From: a virus
IMG/VR virus record: IMGVR_UViG_3300003775_000008
Reading direction: 5' to 3' (one strand)
Length of the DNA stretch: 40,765 nt
A program made the position numbers and the translations under genes. Numbering within the stretch: the first letter of the stretch is position 1; every line of letters begins with the position of its first letter. Shown piece after piece: positions 8,278-17,905 of the stretch. The notes beneath the pieces are model-generated. The model worked only from the letters and a program-made list of their open reading frames with translations. It was not told the DNA's origin and did no database searches.

Positions 8278-9520
8278 AGAGCACGTCCCCCCGTTCGATC
8301 AGCGCCTGGCGGCCCAGCTGGTTGAGTGCCACCAGTTCGGATGCCCGGTCCGGCGTGCCGTACATGGCATGGGCGACCAGGCGCACCGGGCCCGACACAG
8401 GGCTTTCGCGCTGCACCAGCGGCGGGCGCAGGTTGATCACGGCCCGCGCGGCCTCCTGCACCTGCCAGGCCAGCGTGGCCAGCGCGGTGCTGGCCTGGCC
8501 GCTTGCCTCCGGGCTCAATGCGGAGCGGGCTGCGTCGATCGCGATCTGGCAGGTGGTGCGGGTCTGTGCCGTCAGCTGCTCGATGTCCTTGCGCTGAAGC
8601 ATGGGCACGTCGGCTTCGCCGGCGAGCACGATCGCGGCGGCCTCGGCGATCGCCGCCGCGCAGTGGACACGTGCATGCGCTTGGATGATCGCCACGTCGG
8701 CCAGCATGGCGGCGCTCGGCACAGGCACATTGGGGAGCAGCACCAAGGTGGCGGGCGCCAGCTGCGTGCGCACCACGTTGAAATCAGCGATGGCCGATAC
8801 CGCCGTGAGCACGACCGCTGGGCCTTCGTAGACCGCGCTGCGACCGCCGAAAGACAGCCCCTGAAATGCCCGGTCGACCGTGGCCACGAGGTCGGCCGCG
8901 TAGGCCCTGGGATACAGCAGCGGATCCAGTGCGCTGAGCAGAAGCCCCGAGGAGCCTGTGATGGACAGAATCCGCCCCACGTAACTCTGCGCTTGGCTGA
9001 ATGCGTCCGTGAGCACCGAAATGCGCGGCAGGTCGAAGGAAGTACTTCCCACGAAGCGCTCAAGAGCATCATCTGCGCTTGCCCTGCACGACTGCGCGCC
9101 CGAGGCGATCGCGTCCGTCATGGTCGACGTGCTGTTCTCGGAGAACACCAGCTCGCGGACGCTGTCTTCCGTGAATATGACGTGGACCACGGCGCCGTCG
9201 ACAAAGTCGGCGTCGTGCTCGTCTTCCCAGGACGTTGCCATCACGGTCATCAGGCCGTGAATCGGGTGCACTAGGTCGCCGGTACCGGGCAGCTCCAGCG
9301 CGTCGACGAACTGCTGCAGCTCGCTCTCGTAGTCGTCGCCGAAGAACACTGCGCGCACGCGCACCCGTCGCGGGCCGAGGCCCATGTCTTCAAGCTCGGC
9401 CCCTGCGGTATAGGGGTACTGGTGCTCGGCCACCGCGCGATCGCCGGCGCGGCCGACGCGCTCGATCTGGATCGGGATTCCGCGGAAGCTAGCGTCGAGA
9501 AGGGTGTCTTGCCAGGCCAT
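8261..9520 (-). CDS. DNA circulation protein (Mu gpN-like)
   Basis: N-terminus W..LLDASFRGIPI....HQYPY....EDMG....FFG.DY....LVHPIHG matches the DNA_circ_N pattern. Confidence 0.8.
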   Translation of the reverse strand: MAWQDTLLDASFRGIPIQIERVGRAGDRAVAEHQYPYTAGAELEDMGLGPRRVRVRAVFFGDDYESELQQFVDALELPGTGDLVHPIHGLMTVMATSWEDEHDADFVDGAVVHVIFTEDSVRELVFSENSTSTMTDAIASGAQSCRASADDALERFVGSTSFDLPRISVLTDAFSQAQSYVGRILSITGSSGLLLSALDPLLYPRAYAADLVATVDRAFQGLSFGGRSAVYEGPAVVLTAVSAIADFNVVRTQLAPATLVLLPNVPVPSAAMLADVAIIQAHARVHCAAAIAEAAAIVLAGEADVPMLQRKDIEQLTAQTRTTCQIAIDAARSALSPEASGQASTALATLAWQVQEAARAVINLRPPLVQRESPVSGPVRLVAHAMYGTPDRASELVALNQLGRQALIERGDVLYAYAR

Positions 9521-9523
9521 CGG

Positions 9524-11548
9524 TCAGTTCCTGCGCGCGTCGAGACTGTTTTGCTGGTTGGTCGACGCGGCGATCTCGCGGCCATCGAGCGTCACCTGGA
9601 TCGGGCGATTTCCTGCCGCCTTCGTCTCGGCGATCAGCTGGTCGAGCTTCTGGGCGAGCGTGTTGCGGTCCTGCTCGAGCTGGGCCTTTTCTTGCTCAAG
9701 CTTGGCGATGTAGGCCGGAGAGGCGCCGCCCTCGCGCGATGCGTCGGCGAGCTGGCCCAGCTCGCTGATGCGCGCGTTGCGCGAGGCAATGCGATCAGTG
9801 AGGCCCTCCTTGCTGTTGGCGCGCTCGCTGAGCGCATAGCCGGTGGCGAGGATCGGTGCGCCCACGGCTACGAGGCCAGCGGCAGTGCCACCAACGACGA
9901 CGCCTGCGGTGCCCAGTGTTACCCCACTAGCTGCGCTGGCGGCTGCTGGTGCGGTCCAGCTTGGCGACGCGTTCATGACGCCCCTACCCGCTGCAGCAGC
10001 TGCGGCGCCCCCGGCGCTGGCTGCCGCTGAGCCCCCAAGCAGGTTCTTGATGGCGCCCCCACCGAGCAGCATCAGCGCGCCGCTCGCGACAGCTGCTGCC
10101 GCTGTCAGGGCGGTGATACCCAGCTTGAGCGTCTCCATCGCGGTGCCCAGCTCGGGGTACTTTTGATAGAGCTGAGTCGTGTGCTCAGCGAGCTTGCCGA
10201 TCGCCTCATTCGCTCCGCCGAGACCATTGGTCTGGGCGATGAGTTTCTCGTTCTCACTCTGCTGCACCTTGAAGTCAGCGGTCTGAGAAATCAAGGCGAA
10301 GTTGCTCTCGCCATATTGACCGTTGGCACCCAGCACGGTTTTATTGACGCCCTTGATGTAGTCCCGCTTGTTGAGTTCGGCGATCAGAGGCATGAGGGCC
10401 TGCCGGTCCTGGATGATCTTTCCGATCGCGCTCCCCTGCAGGATGTCCACTTGGGCATCCAGTGACGCCTTTCGCTCTTCGTCGTTTCCTGCCGAGTTGG
10501 CTTTCTTGCGCAGAGCAACCAGGCGAGGATCCTTGCTGGCGATCTGGTCGACCAGGTTGACGAACGCATCGAGCGAGTTCACTCCCTTGGCTCGCGCCGC
10601 CGCAAGTGACCCGGAAAGGTCGATACCCAGCTTCTTGGCGTCCTGTGCGGTGTCAGATGAGTTGATCTTGAGCAGCAGGTTCAGCAGATTGTTTCCCGCC
10701 TCGTCCTTGCTGCCGGCAGTGATCACTGAGCCTTGAGCCGATGCGAGGATCCGGGCATATCCCTCCATGCCATTGAGACCAGACATCTGAGCCGACGCGA
10801 GCAGCTTCGGCAGCCATTTGGCCATGTCCTTCAATTCGAAGCCGCCGGCCTGGCCAGCGGCCAACGCCATGTCGAGCATCTTGGGGATGTCGGCCTCTTT
10901 GAAGCCGTTTTGAAGCGCCCGAACAACAATGGTGGAGAGGTCTCCCACGCTGGCATTGCCAGCCGCTGCGTACTTGGAAACCGTAGGCAGCAAGCTCTTG
11001 GCCTGGTCAGGTGTGACCGACCCGCTGGCCAGCATGTCGTTCAGCCCGCCAAGCATGTCCTCGCGCTTGCCGCCGCCAGCGCGCATGGACGCGACGACGA
11101 TGTCATCCAGTTCGCGCATGCCCTTGATGCGACCTGGAAGATCTCGATCAGCGAACGCAGTATTGGCCGCATCGGCCAGTTGCCGGTCGTATGTGCGGGC
11201 CTGCTGCAGCGGCTGCGCCACAACCATCTTGGCAGCCTGGAACGCGGCCGCACCAGCGGCGACACCCTTGACGATGTTGCCGGTGGCCGACCATGCGCTG
11301 CGCAGCCGCTCAGCGAGGCTGATTGCCCGTTGCGTCTCACGGGCGAGGTCTGCTGCCTGCCTGGTCGCCTGCTGTGGCCCCCGCATGCTGGCCAGCGTTG
11401 TACCGAGTTGCTTGCTCGACGCGTTGCCCTTTTGTAGCTCCTGCTCGATCTGCTTGAGGTTCGACTCCACTTCCCCCATCGCGCGCCGTAACGGCGCCAC
11501 CAGCTTGTCGTTCAAGCTGGTGGTGAGGGCGATGCGGAGATCTGTCAT
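9524..11548 (-). CDS. Tail tape measure protein
   Basis: 674 aa, Ala/Gly/Leu-rich and helical, located directly after the chaperone frameshift product. Confidence 0.85.
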   Translation of the reverse strand: MTDLRIALTTSLNDKLVAPLRRAMGEVESNLKQIEQELQKGNASSKQLGTTLASMRGPQQATRQAADLARETQRAISLAERLRSAWSATGNIVKGVAAGAAAFQAAKMVVAQPLQQARTYDRQLADAANTAFADRDLPGRIKGMRELDDIVVASMRAGGGKREDMLGGLNDMLASGSVTPDQAKSLLPTVSKYAAAGNASVGDLSTIVVRALQNGFKEADIPKMLDMALAAGQAGGFELKDMAKWLPKLLASAQMSGLNGMEGYARILASAQGSVITAGSKDEAGNNLLNLLLKINSSDTAQDAKKLGIDLSGSLAAARAKGVNSLDAFVNLVDQIASKDPRLVALRKKANSAGNDEERKASLDAQVDILQGSAIGKIIQDRQALMPLIAELNKRDYIKGVNKTVLGANGQYGESNFALISQTADFKVQQSENEKLIAQTNGLGGANEAIGKLAEHTTQLYQKYPELGTAMETLKLGITALTAAAAVASGALMLLGGGAIKNLLGGSAAASAGGAAAAAAGRGVMNASPSWTAPAAASAASGVTLGTAGVVVGGTAAGLVAVGAPILATGYALSERANSKEGLTDRIASRNARISELGQLADASREGGASPAYIAKLEQEKAQLEQDRNTLAQKLDQLIAETKAAGNRPIQVTLDGREIAASTNQQNSLDARRN

Positions 11549-12062
11549 GTCGGCGGAGGCTTGCGGCGTGGAGTTCGGGGTGGCTTGCGCTTCTCGCGGC
11601 GGCTCACGTAGACCGTGGGGTATTCGTGGCCCTTACGGCCGGCTGCCGCGTTGAGGATCACTACTGCGTCGGCCATCGTGATATCGGCCGACTCCGTCCA
11701 GCTCAGACCTGCTTTGACGAGTCCGTGGCGGATGCGGAGGAGTTCGGCGCGGCCGCGATCGCGGCCAGCCGCTTTTTTTCGAGTTCCCCCGAGGCAGCGT
11801 CGAGCTGGTTGTAGTCAGACGGGTGCATCGAACACAGCAGGTCGTAGGTGATCTGCTTGGGCTCCAGCGTGCCGAGTCGGACGAGTTGACGGGCCATCAG
11901 CGCCGCATTCACGGCGACGCCGTTGTGTCCGCCCACCTGGTCGACCGCATCGATGTTGTCGCCCAGCGTTGGCAGGCGCATCTCGAAATCGCGGTGCAGA
12001 ACACCGGCGACCTCAACGCCCTGCTTCAGCGTGCCAGTGACGGTGATGCCCTTGACGCTCAT
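11545..12062 (-). CDS. Tail assembly chaperone, -1 frameshift-extended product (GT-like)
   Basis: After a slip at 11778-11772 the -1 frame stays open for 75 codons (..AAGRDRGRAELLRIRHGLVKAGLSWTESADITMADAVVILNAAAG..). It ends at a TGA overlapping the TMP ATG (ATGA at 11548-11545). Confidence 0.7.
11703..12062 (-). CDS. Tail assembly chaperone (G-like, zero-frame product)
   Basis: 119 aa between tube and TMP. Contains the slippery heptamer near its 3' end. Confidence 0.75.
   Translation of the reverse strand: MSVKGITVTGTLKQGVEVAGVLHRDFEMRLPTLGDNIDAVDQVGGHNGVAVNAALMARQLVRLGTLEPKQITYDLLCSMHPSDYNQLDAASGELEKKRLAAIAAAPNSSASATDSSKQV
11751..11766 (-). other. Frameshift-stimulating hairpin (perfect palindrome GGCCGCGATCGCGGCC)
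   Basis: Starts 5 nt downstream of the heptamer. Confidence 0.6.
11772..11778 (-). other. Slippery heptamer A_AAA_AAG in the correct phase
   Basis: The - strand reads GAA AAA AAG in the chaperone zero frame. Confidence 0.75.
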
Positions 12063-12433
12063 TCGGTCACCTTGCGCACAGCCACGAGGGAAATATCACG
12101 GCGCGCCTCGCCGTCGGCCTGGTACTCCTCGCCCACGTCGGTGCTGAAGCAGTCCAGATAGCTGACGCGCTGGCCGCCATCGCCCGGATCGATCGTGAGC
12201 TTGGCGCCCTCGATGTTGTCCCAGTCGAGCGGACTGCCCTCGATCGGAATTACCGCAGTGACGCGCAGGTCGTATGTCTTGATGCCACGACTGAACCCGG
12301 CGATGTTGCGCAGACGGTTCATCGTCTTGACCGGGCGGCGCCCGGTGCTGGTCTTCGGCGACACGGTCGCCACTTCGACTTCGACGCCATCGACTTCGAG
12401 GCTGATCGAGCCGACGTATTCCTTCAGTGCCAT
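12059..12433 (-). CDS. Tail tube protein (Mu gpM-like)
   Basis: 124 aa directly after the sheath gene. AGGAG lies before ATG 12433. Confidence 0.75.
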   Translation of the reverse strand: MALKEYVGSISLEVDGVEVEVATVSPKTSTGRRPVKTMNRLRNIAGFSRGIKTYDLRVTAVIPIEGSPLDWDNIEGAKLTIDPGDGGQRVSYLDCFSTDVGEEYQADGEARRDISLVAVRKVTE

Positions 12434-12471
12434 GCTGACTCCTGTTCAAAACCTTTTGTGCGAACCTGCCG

Positions 12472-13893
12472 TCACAGCAGAAGATCGAGTCGACCCGCGA
12501 ACACATGCAGCCCGTTGACCACGTCGGTCGGGATCTTGGCGTTCAGGCGATTCGGATCCTGCGAATCACGCTCGACCAGCAGTGCGTCCTTGTTCGCCTC
12601 CACCGCCTCGACGATCTCCAGCTCTTCGCACTTGAGAAGCACGTCGAGCAGCTCGCTCTTCACCTTGGGTGGAGTGCGCTCGCTGAGCTTGTCGCGCGGA
12701 AAGCGCAGTTCGATGCGCGTGCGGCAGGCCTTGGCCACGTAGTCCATTGTGCGGATGGTGGTGAGGTCCAGCCAGCTGATGTCGGCCACGCCGGCCGGGT
12801 TCTGCGTGTACGTGGTAACGGCGCGCACGATCTGCACGACCTCGCCGGGGCCGACTTCCAGCGGCGTCACGCCGTTGTTCAGGGCCGACTCCTGCTCGGT
12901 ACGCAGCAGGCGGCTAGCGACGGGTGGCGGCGCGACGTTGACCAGCTTGAGCGTGTTCAGCGGACGGGCTGGATCTTCTTCGCCAGCGATCACGGCGGCA
13001 TAGCCCGCCGCGACCTCTTCGGCCGGCGTGTACGTGCCTGGCAGGCAGGCCATCGTCATACGTTCCGAGTTGAGCAGCGGACCGAGCGTGGTGGCGGTGG
13101 CCAGCGTGCTGGTGAGCGCAAAGACGCCGATCGCACGCCGTTGCTCCATCGGGCCGCTGACGAAGTTCAGGTGCGTGCGCAGCGGCAGCAGTGAGGCCTG
13201 CAGCTGGTAGGAGGTCACCAAGATTTCATGCCCGCCTTGGGCGGCCGCCGCCAGCGGAGCCGTGATGTCGGCATCGTTCAAGCCGCCCGTGAAGGCAGTT
13301 GCAACAGCCGTCACGCCAGTGGCGCTCGCGGTCGCCGCAAGCTTGACGTTGTTGCCCACCAGGCCCTTGTTGCGGTTCGTCAGTGTCACCACGCCAGTGG
13401 CGGCTGCTGCTGTCACCGGCAGGTCGATCTTGGCGTTGATCGCGGCGGCGACTGCGGCAGCGATGACCGTGGCCGTATCCGCCGCCGCCACGGGCACGAC
13501 CAGCTCGGTCGCGGCGATGTTCACATACACCGATCCTGCTGCGGCGGCCGGCCCGGTGTAGGTGATCGTCGCCGCCCCGGCCACGCCGGCGGCGTTGTCC
13601 GGCACAGCCAGCACGAACAGCTGCAGGTACGGGTTGGCGATGATCGCGCCCTTGACCATGCGATGCGCCTGACTGCCACGACCGAACAGACCGGCAGCGG
13701 TTTCAGCATCGAACACCTGCGTGATGGAGTTGGCCAGGCCCACCGTGGTGGTCGTGATCTGGGCCACGATCAGCACGCGCTGCAGATTGCTCGGCAGGGT
13801 GCGCACCGCCAAGCGGTTGTTGTACTCGAAGTACTTGCCCGGCTTGCGGATGCTCGCCGGGATGCTGTCGAAGGAGATATTGGGGCTGGCCAT
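12472..13893 (-). CDS. Contractile tail sheath protein (Mu gpL-like)
   Basis: 473 aa. N-terminus SFDSIPASIRKPGKYFEYN is typical of Mu-type sheaths. Confidence 0.85.
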   Translation of the reverse strand: MASPNISFDSIPASIRKPGKYFEYNNRLAVRTLPSNLQRVLIVAQITTTTVGLANSITQVFDAETAAGLFGRGSQAHRMVKGAIIANPYLQLFVLAVPDNAAGVAGAATITYTGPAAAAGSVYVNIAATELVVPVAAADTATVIAAAVAAAINAKIDLPVTAAAATGVVTLTNRNKGLVGNNVKLAATASATGVTAVATAFTGGLNDADITAPLAAAAQGGHEILVTSYQLQASLLPLRTHLNFVSGPMEQRRAIGVFALTSTLATATTLGPLLNSERMTMACLPGTYTPAEEVAAGYAAVIAGEEDPARPLNTLKLVNVAPPPVASRLLRTEQESALNNGVTPLEVGPGEVVQIVRAVTTYTQNPAGVADISWLDLTTIRTMDYVAKACRTRIELRFPRDKLSERTPPKVKSELLDVLLKCEELEIVEAVEANKDALLVERDSQDPNRLNAKIPTDVVNGLHVFAGRLDLLL

Positions 13894-13898
13894 GTGGA

Positions 13899-14087
13899 TC
13901 AGTCCTTGTTGGTGGCTGCAGGCGCAGCCGACTTGGCGGGCTTGGTCGCTTCGACCAGGTCTCCATCTGCCAGGCGGCGGATGTAGTACGCGGTCATTTC
14001 CAGGTCCACCGACGCGTCGTCGGTGATGTACTTGCGCGGATCGTCTTCGCGCGGCACCTTCACGCCAGGGGCGGCTTTCACGAGCAT
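13899..14087 (-). CDS. Small Mu gp38-like protein (DUF2635-like)
   Basis: 62 aa. AAGGAG lies before the ATG. VKVPREDDPRKYI...YYIRRLADGDL pattern. Confidence 0.6.
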   Translation of the reverse strand: MLVKAAPGVKVPREDDPRKYITDDASVDLEMTAYYIRRLADGDLVEATKPAKSAAPAATNKD

Positions 14088-14100
14088 TTCAAGGACTCCT

Positions 14101-14679
14101 TCAGGATCTCAGGGTGACCAGGTCGCTGGTGTCGACTTCCTCGTCGCCAGGCTTGATCAGGTAGTTCAGGCCGATGCGCAGCAGGTCATCGTCGGCGCTG
14201 GTGTCGTCCGGGATCTCTTCGACCCAGGTGGTGCTGAACGCCTGCGCGTAGATCGCCATTGCGTCGCGCTGCGCCATGCCCTTCATCACCGAGCGGATCG
14301 CGCCAGGCGTGAGCGGCTGAATGGCCAGCCCCAGCTTGTGGTTGGCCAGCGCGAGCTTGTTGTCCTCGATCAGCTGGTACACACCCACGTCTCGCGCCAG
14401 AACGGGGCCGCCCATGCGGCCATCGTTCTCAGCGAGGGAGCGCTGTGCACTCAGCACCTCGAAGTTGCCTGTGAGGCGGAAGCGCCGGCGGCTGATGCGG
14501 GTCGACTCGGTCACCTTGTCGAAGGTCACCCAGGCGGCCGGCACCGTGCGCACCCAGCCGAAAAGTTCGTCGTCGAGCTGGGCGCCGTAGCTCTCGATCG
14601 TCAGGCCGGCGTAGGGCCGGCTGACGGCGCGCAGGCGCGCCAGCATGGCCCGCTCGATCTGCTGGATGGGGCTGGTCAC
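14101..14679 (-). CDS. Mu gp37-like head-tail protein (DUF1834-like)
   Basis: 192 aa. GTGA overlap with the upstream gene. Syntenic position. Confidence 0.6.
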   Translation of the reverse strand: MTSPIQQIERAMLARLRAVSRPYAGLTIESYGAQLDDELFGWVRTVPAAWVTFDKVTESTRISRRRFRLTGNFEVLSAQRSLAENDGRMGGPVLARDVGVYQLIEDNKLALANHKLGLAIQPLTPGAIRSVMKGMAQRDAMAIYAQAFSTTWVEEIPDDTSADDDLLRIGLNYLIKPGDEEVDTSDLVTLRS

Positions 14680-15128
14680 AGCACCCCCGGCAGGTCGCCG
14701 AACATCCGCTCGCCGGTGCGCACGGCCGTGGCGCCGCCGGTGGGCGCGGGGCCGCCGCTTCCGGCGAGCCGCAGATCGCCCAACAGGATGTCGCCCTTCG
14801 CAACGCCTTCCAGGAAGCGCACCGCGTCCTTGTAGCGGTTGCGGATCTCTTCGGTGGGCATGATCTCGGTGCCGGTGGCGTGATAGCGGGCCACGTCGAC
14901 CACGACACGCACCAGCGCCTTCGGCGTGACGGCAGGTTGCCCATCCGAGCCGACGAGGGGCAGCAGATAGCGGCGCCCCACATGCCCATTGACCTCGTCC
15001 TCGGCCTCGGCGAGCAGGCGTGCCAGCTCGACCAGGTCGGACGACCCGGTCTTAGCACGATCGCTGATCGCGACGGCTTCCCGCTCGCCCAGGCGGGCGA
15101 TCAGGTCTTGAGGCGTGGCGTAGGGCAT
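14676..15128 (-). CDS. Mu gp36-like head-tail connector protein (DUF1320-like)
   Basis: MPYATPQDLIARLGE...RRYLLPL pattern. Confidence 0.65.
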   Translation of the reverse strand: MPYATPQDLIARLGEREAVAISDRAKTGSSDLVELARLLAEAEDEVNGHVGRRYLLPLVGSDGQPAVTPKALVRVVVDVARYHATGTEIMPTEEIRNRYKDAVRFLEGVAKGDILLGDLRLAGSGGPAPTGGATAVRTGERMFGDLPGVL

Positions 15129-15139
15129 GCGGGTACGCC

Positions 15140-15328
15140 TTACTCTGCAGCCTTGGCCGCTTTGGCGGGCTGAACGACCTGCGGGCCGATTTCGAGCGCC
15201 TGCGCTTCGGTCAGTTCGACCGTGTCGCCGGGGACGTAGTCCTCGTTGTCCAGCGACAGGTTGCTGATCACATCGAAGGTGGCGGTGGTGCCGGGCTCGG
15301 CGGCGGTCTTGCGATTGCGGGTTGCCAT
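15140..15328 (-). CDS. Small hypothetical head-region protein
   Basis: 62 aa. Strong TAAGGAGG before ATG 15328, just after the capsid gene. Confidence 0.55.
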   Translation of the reverse strand: MATRNRKTAAEPGTTATFDVISNLSLDNEDYVPGDTVELTEAQALEIGPQVVQPAKAAKAAE

Positions 15329-15340
15329 CGTCGTGCCTCC

Positions 15341-16303
15341 TTACGCCACGGCGTTCTGGAAGAAGCAGCCGACCTCCTGGAAGGGCACCAGCTCCTTGAC
15401 GTGCTCGCCGACGCGCACCGTTTCACCGCCTTCGAGGCCGATGTTCGGATTGACGATCGTGCCCGACACCATGTCGCCCCACTGTGCTGTGAAACCGAAG
15501 GTCGGCAGGCCGCCCTTGGTGTCGCGCACAGACTTGTCGATGCGCATGAACGCCGCATGCTTGCCCCACAGACGTGCGTATGCGGCCGTCTGGCCCTTCT
15601 TGGCCGTGTTGGCGAAGGACTCGCCCACGTACAGCTCGTCCAACTCCAGCAGGTCTGCGACAGCCTTGCGCTGGATCACACCAGCTGCAGCGGCGCCGCC
15701 CATGCCGCGATCAGCATTGAGCACCGCGGCGACCACCTTCGGATGCATGCGCAGCTTGGTCCACACAGCCCGACCCACGGTACCGACGTTCGGGCGTACC
15801 AGCATCGAGTCGAACATGGTCAGGATGGCGCTCACGGGATCGCTGTTGGCGTAGTCGCTCCACTGGCTGGTACCGGCGAGCGTCGTGCGGAGAGCGGCCG
15901 CGTACGTGTTGAGGTTGAAGTACAGGTCCGCCACTCGCTTCTCGCGGGCCATCTTCACCAGCAGCGCCGTGCGCTCGGCCGCAGCGTCGCGCGGGTCGTA
16001 GTTGGTGCCCTCGGCGTTCTTGATGTCCTTGTTCGGCACCAGATCGTCGAGGCCGTAGTCCTCGGTGGAGTCGGTGACGTCGATGCCGCCGAACTCGACG
16101 ACGTTCGGCGCGCCGGTGCGGCCGACGCGGACATCGGGAATGGTGAAGACTTCGTCCGTCGAGAACTTCGTGTAGATGAACTTCTCGGACGGCACCGGGA
16201 TACGCGGGCAGACGTCGTCGGCGATGAAGCCCGTGGGCTTGATGCCCATCGCAATCTGCGTGAGACGCGGCTGGACTGTGAACGGAGCGGTGTTGGTGCT
16301 CAT
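15341..16303 (-). CDS. Major capsid protein
   Basis: 320 aa. AAGGAA before the ATG. Follows the protease/scaffold and DUF2190 genes. Confidence 0.8.
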   Translation of the reverse strand: MSTNTAPFTVQPRLTQIAMGIKPTGFIADDVCPRIPVPSEKFIYTKFSTDEVFTIPDVRVGRTGAPNVVEFGGIDVTDSTEDYGLDDLVPNKDIKNAEGTNYDPRDAAAERTALLVKMAREKRVADLYFNLNTYAAALRTTLAGTSQWSDYANSDPVSAILTMFDSMLVRPNVGTVGRAVWTKLRMHPKVVAAVLNADRGMGGAAAAGVIQRKAVADLLELDELYVGESFANTAKKGQTAAYARLWGKHAAFMRIDKSVRDTKGGLPTFGFTAQWGDMVSGTIVNPNIGLEGGETVRVGEHVKELVPFQEVGCFFQNAVA

Positions 16304-16329
16304 TGGATTCCTTCAGTTGAAAACGCGGA

Positions 16330-16707
16330 TCAGCCCTGCATCACGCTCGGTGCGATCCAGAGGGAGCCGATGTCGCCGAGGACGCCCGCGACCTCGGCGA
16401 TGCCGATGACGCGCACGTTGGAGCCCGCTGCCGGCGCGGCCACGATGGCGCGGCCGATGGCGTCGCTGGTGAGCGGGTCGCCGGCGGCCACGTTGCCGCC
16501 GTACTCGACTTCGCCGATGCCGTGGCGCACGCCGTCGACGCGGTCGCCCGCCACGGCCGCAGCGATGCGCCCCGTGACGCCGACCAACTTGTCGGTGGCG
16601 GCCGCGCCAACCAGGATGCCGCCGTCGGCCGCACCGAACTTGAAGATGCGGTAGGCGGGGATGGCGCCTTCGGCGCTGTAGTTCTTGCTGAACAGTTCGT
16701 TGCGCAT
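16330..16707 (-). CDS. DUF2190-like head decoration/cement protein
   Basis: Gly/Ala/Val-rich, 125 aa. ATG 16707 has a perfect AAGGAG 8 nt upstream. The track start 16716 is a GTG. Confidence 0.65.
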   Translation of the reverse strand: MRNELFSKNYSAEGAIPAYRIFKFGAADGGILVGAAATDKLVGVTGRIAAAVAGDRVDGVRHGIGEVEYGGNVAAGDPLTSDAIGRAIVAAPAAGSNVRVIGIAEVAGVLGDIGSLWIAPSVMQG

Positions 16708-16712
16708 CGCGC

Positions 16713-17852
16713 TCACTCCTTGTCGGTGCCGGCCTGGACGGCGTCGATCGCCTGGCCCATGCTGATGTGCTGGCCCTTGGCGGCCAGGCGGTTGCGGTAG
16801 TCGGCCGCACGGTCGGAGACCTGGCGGTTGGTCATCGCCTTGTCGGTACGGCCCTTGCCGGCGACCTCGCCAAAGCTCACGATTTCCGGCAGGGCCTGCA
16901 GCTGCTCGCGCAGCACCTCGTGCAGGGGGCGCGCGGCCTCGCCGTCACCGAAGCTCACGCATGCGGAGTCAACCGGCGTGGCAAGGTGGTCCAGCGAGGC
17001 CACGAGCACTTCTTTGGCACCAGCAGGCCAGCGAGCCTGGGTGATCAGCGTGTCGGCGAAGCTCACATGCTCCGCGTGGCGCTTGTCCGCCTGGCGCGTG
17101 CGCTCGGCGTCCTGCAGCGTCTGGATCTGCTTCTTGGCAGCTTCCAGCTCGGTCTGCAGCTGTTCGGGGGTCTTCGGTGTGGCCATGTGCTCCTGTTGAG
17201 TGGCGGATGGGGATTCGGCAAAGGAGGCGCTGCCGAAGGGGCGCAGGGAATCGTCTTGCTCACCAGCACGCTGACTGGCCTCCCGGAGGCTCTCGATATC
17301 CCAATCGGGCAAGACGCGGTCGGCGGCTTCCTGCCCCTCTTTGCTGATGAGCCAGTCGCGCAGACCACGGAACATCCGAGCGATGCCCATGCCGCTGTAG
17401 GCCGGCAGATCGCCGAAGCTGATCTCGCAGGTCACGAACTCGCTACCGTCATCGGAGAAGCTGGCGGTGCGCAGTCCCTTGACGGCTGGCGCCATCGCGC
17501 CGAGGCACCCGATGTCGCGGAGGTAGTACTGGCCCGGCGTCGGACTGTTGGGGCTGCTCGGCGTGTAGAACCGCGCGGAAATCTTCTTGAAGCGGCCTTT
17601 GCGGTGCAGCTCGGCAAAGTCCGCGTCGACCTGCTGGGCGTCGGCCGTGAGCGCACCGTCCGCAAAGCTCAGTCCAGCCGCCCATGCGTAGGCGGGCGCA
17701 TCGTGCTTGGGGTGCCCGACAACGAACGGCGCCTCGTGCAGCGCGGGGTCATAGCGCTCGGCGATGCCCCGGAGGTCGGCTTCCGTGAAAGACACTTCGG
17801 TGCCTTCCATGCTGGTGACCGTACCCGGCTTGAAAATCTGAATCGATGCCAT
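16713..17852 (-). CDS. Head protease/scaffold (Mu gpI-like)
   Basis: N-terminus IQIFKPGT..S..G..V.F...DL..IA..YDP..HEAP.V.GHP matches the Mu I family. Confidence 0.8.
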   Translation of the reverse strand: MASIQIFKPGTVTSMEGTEVSFTEADLRGIAERYDPALHEAPFVVGHPKHDAPAYAWAAGLSFADGALTADAQQVDADFAELHRKGRFKKISARFYTPSSPNSPTPGQYYLRDIGCLGAMAPAVKGLRTASFSDDGSEFVTCEISFGDLPAYSGMGIARMFRGLRDWLISKEGQEAADRVLPDWDIESLREASQRAGEQDDSLRPFGSASFAESPSATQQEHMATPKTPEQLQTELEAAKKQIQTLQDAERTRQADKRHAEHVSFADTLITQARWPAGAKEVLVASLDHLATPVDSACVSFGDGEAARPLHEVLREQLQALPEIVSFGEVAGKGRTDKAMTNRQVSDRAADYRNRLAAKGQHISMGQAIDAVQAGTDKE

Positions 17853-17870
17853 GCCGGCGACTGTGCCGGC
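17853..17870 (-). promoter_or_regulatory. GC hairpin GCCGGC-N6-GCCGGC abutting the protease/scaffold ATG
   Basis: Read directly. Confidence 0.45.
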
Positions 17871-17885
17871 CGGTGGCTTACCTGC

Positions 17886-17904
17886 GCAGAGTGACGCGCG
17901 TCAC
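17886..17904 (-). promoter_or_regulatory. Late-control dyad copy 2 (PI-like): GTGACGCGCGTCACTCTGC on the - strand
   Basis: 17/19 identical to copy 1. Exactly 33 nt from the protease/scaffold ATG and 1 nt after the gpG stop. Confidence 0.5.
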
Positions 17905-17905
17905 G

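Noticed and set aside
15401-16654. 417-aa + strand ORF
   Set aside because: It is antisense to the major capsid and DUF2190 genes, which have strong RBSs and synteny support. Low-complexity Arg/Ala composition.
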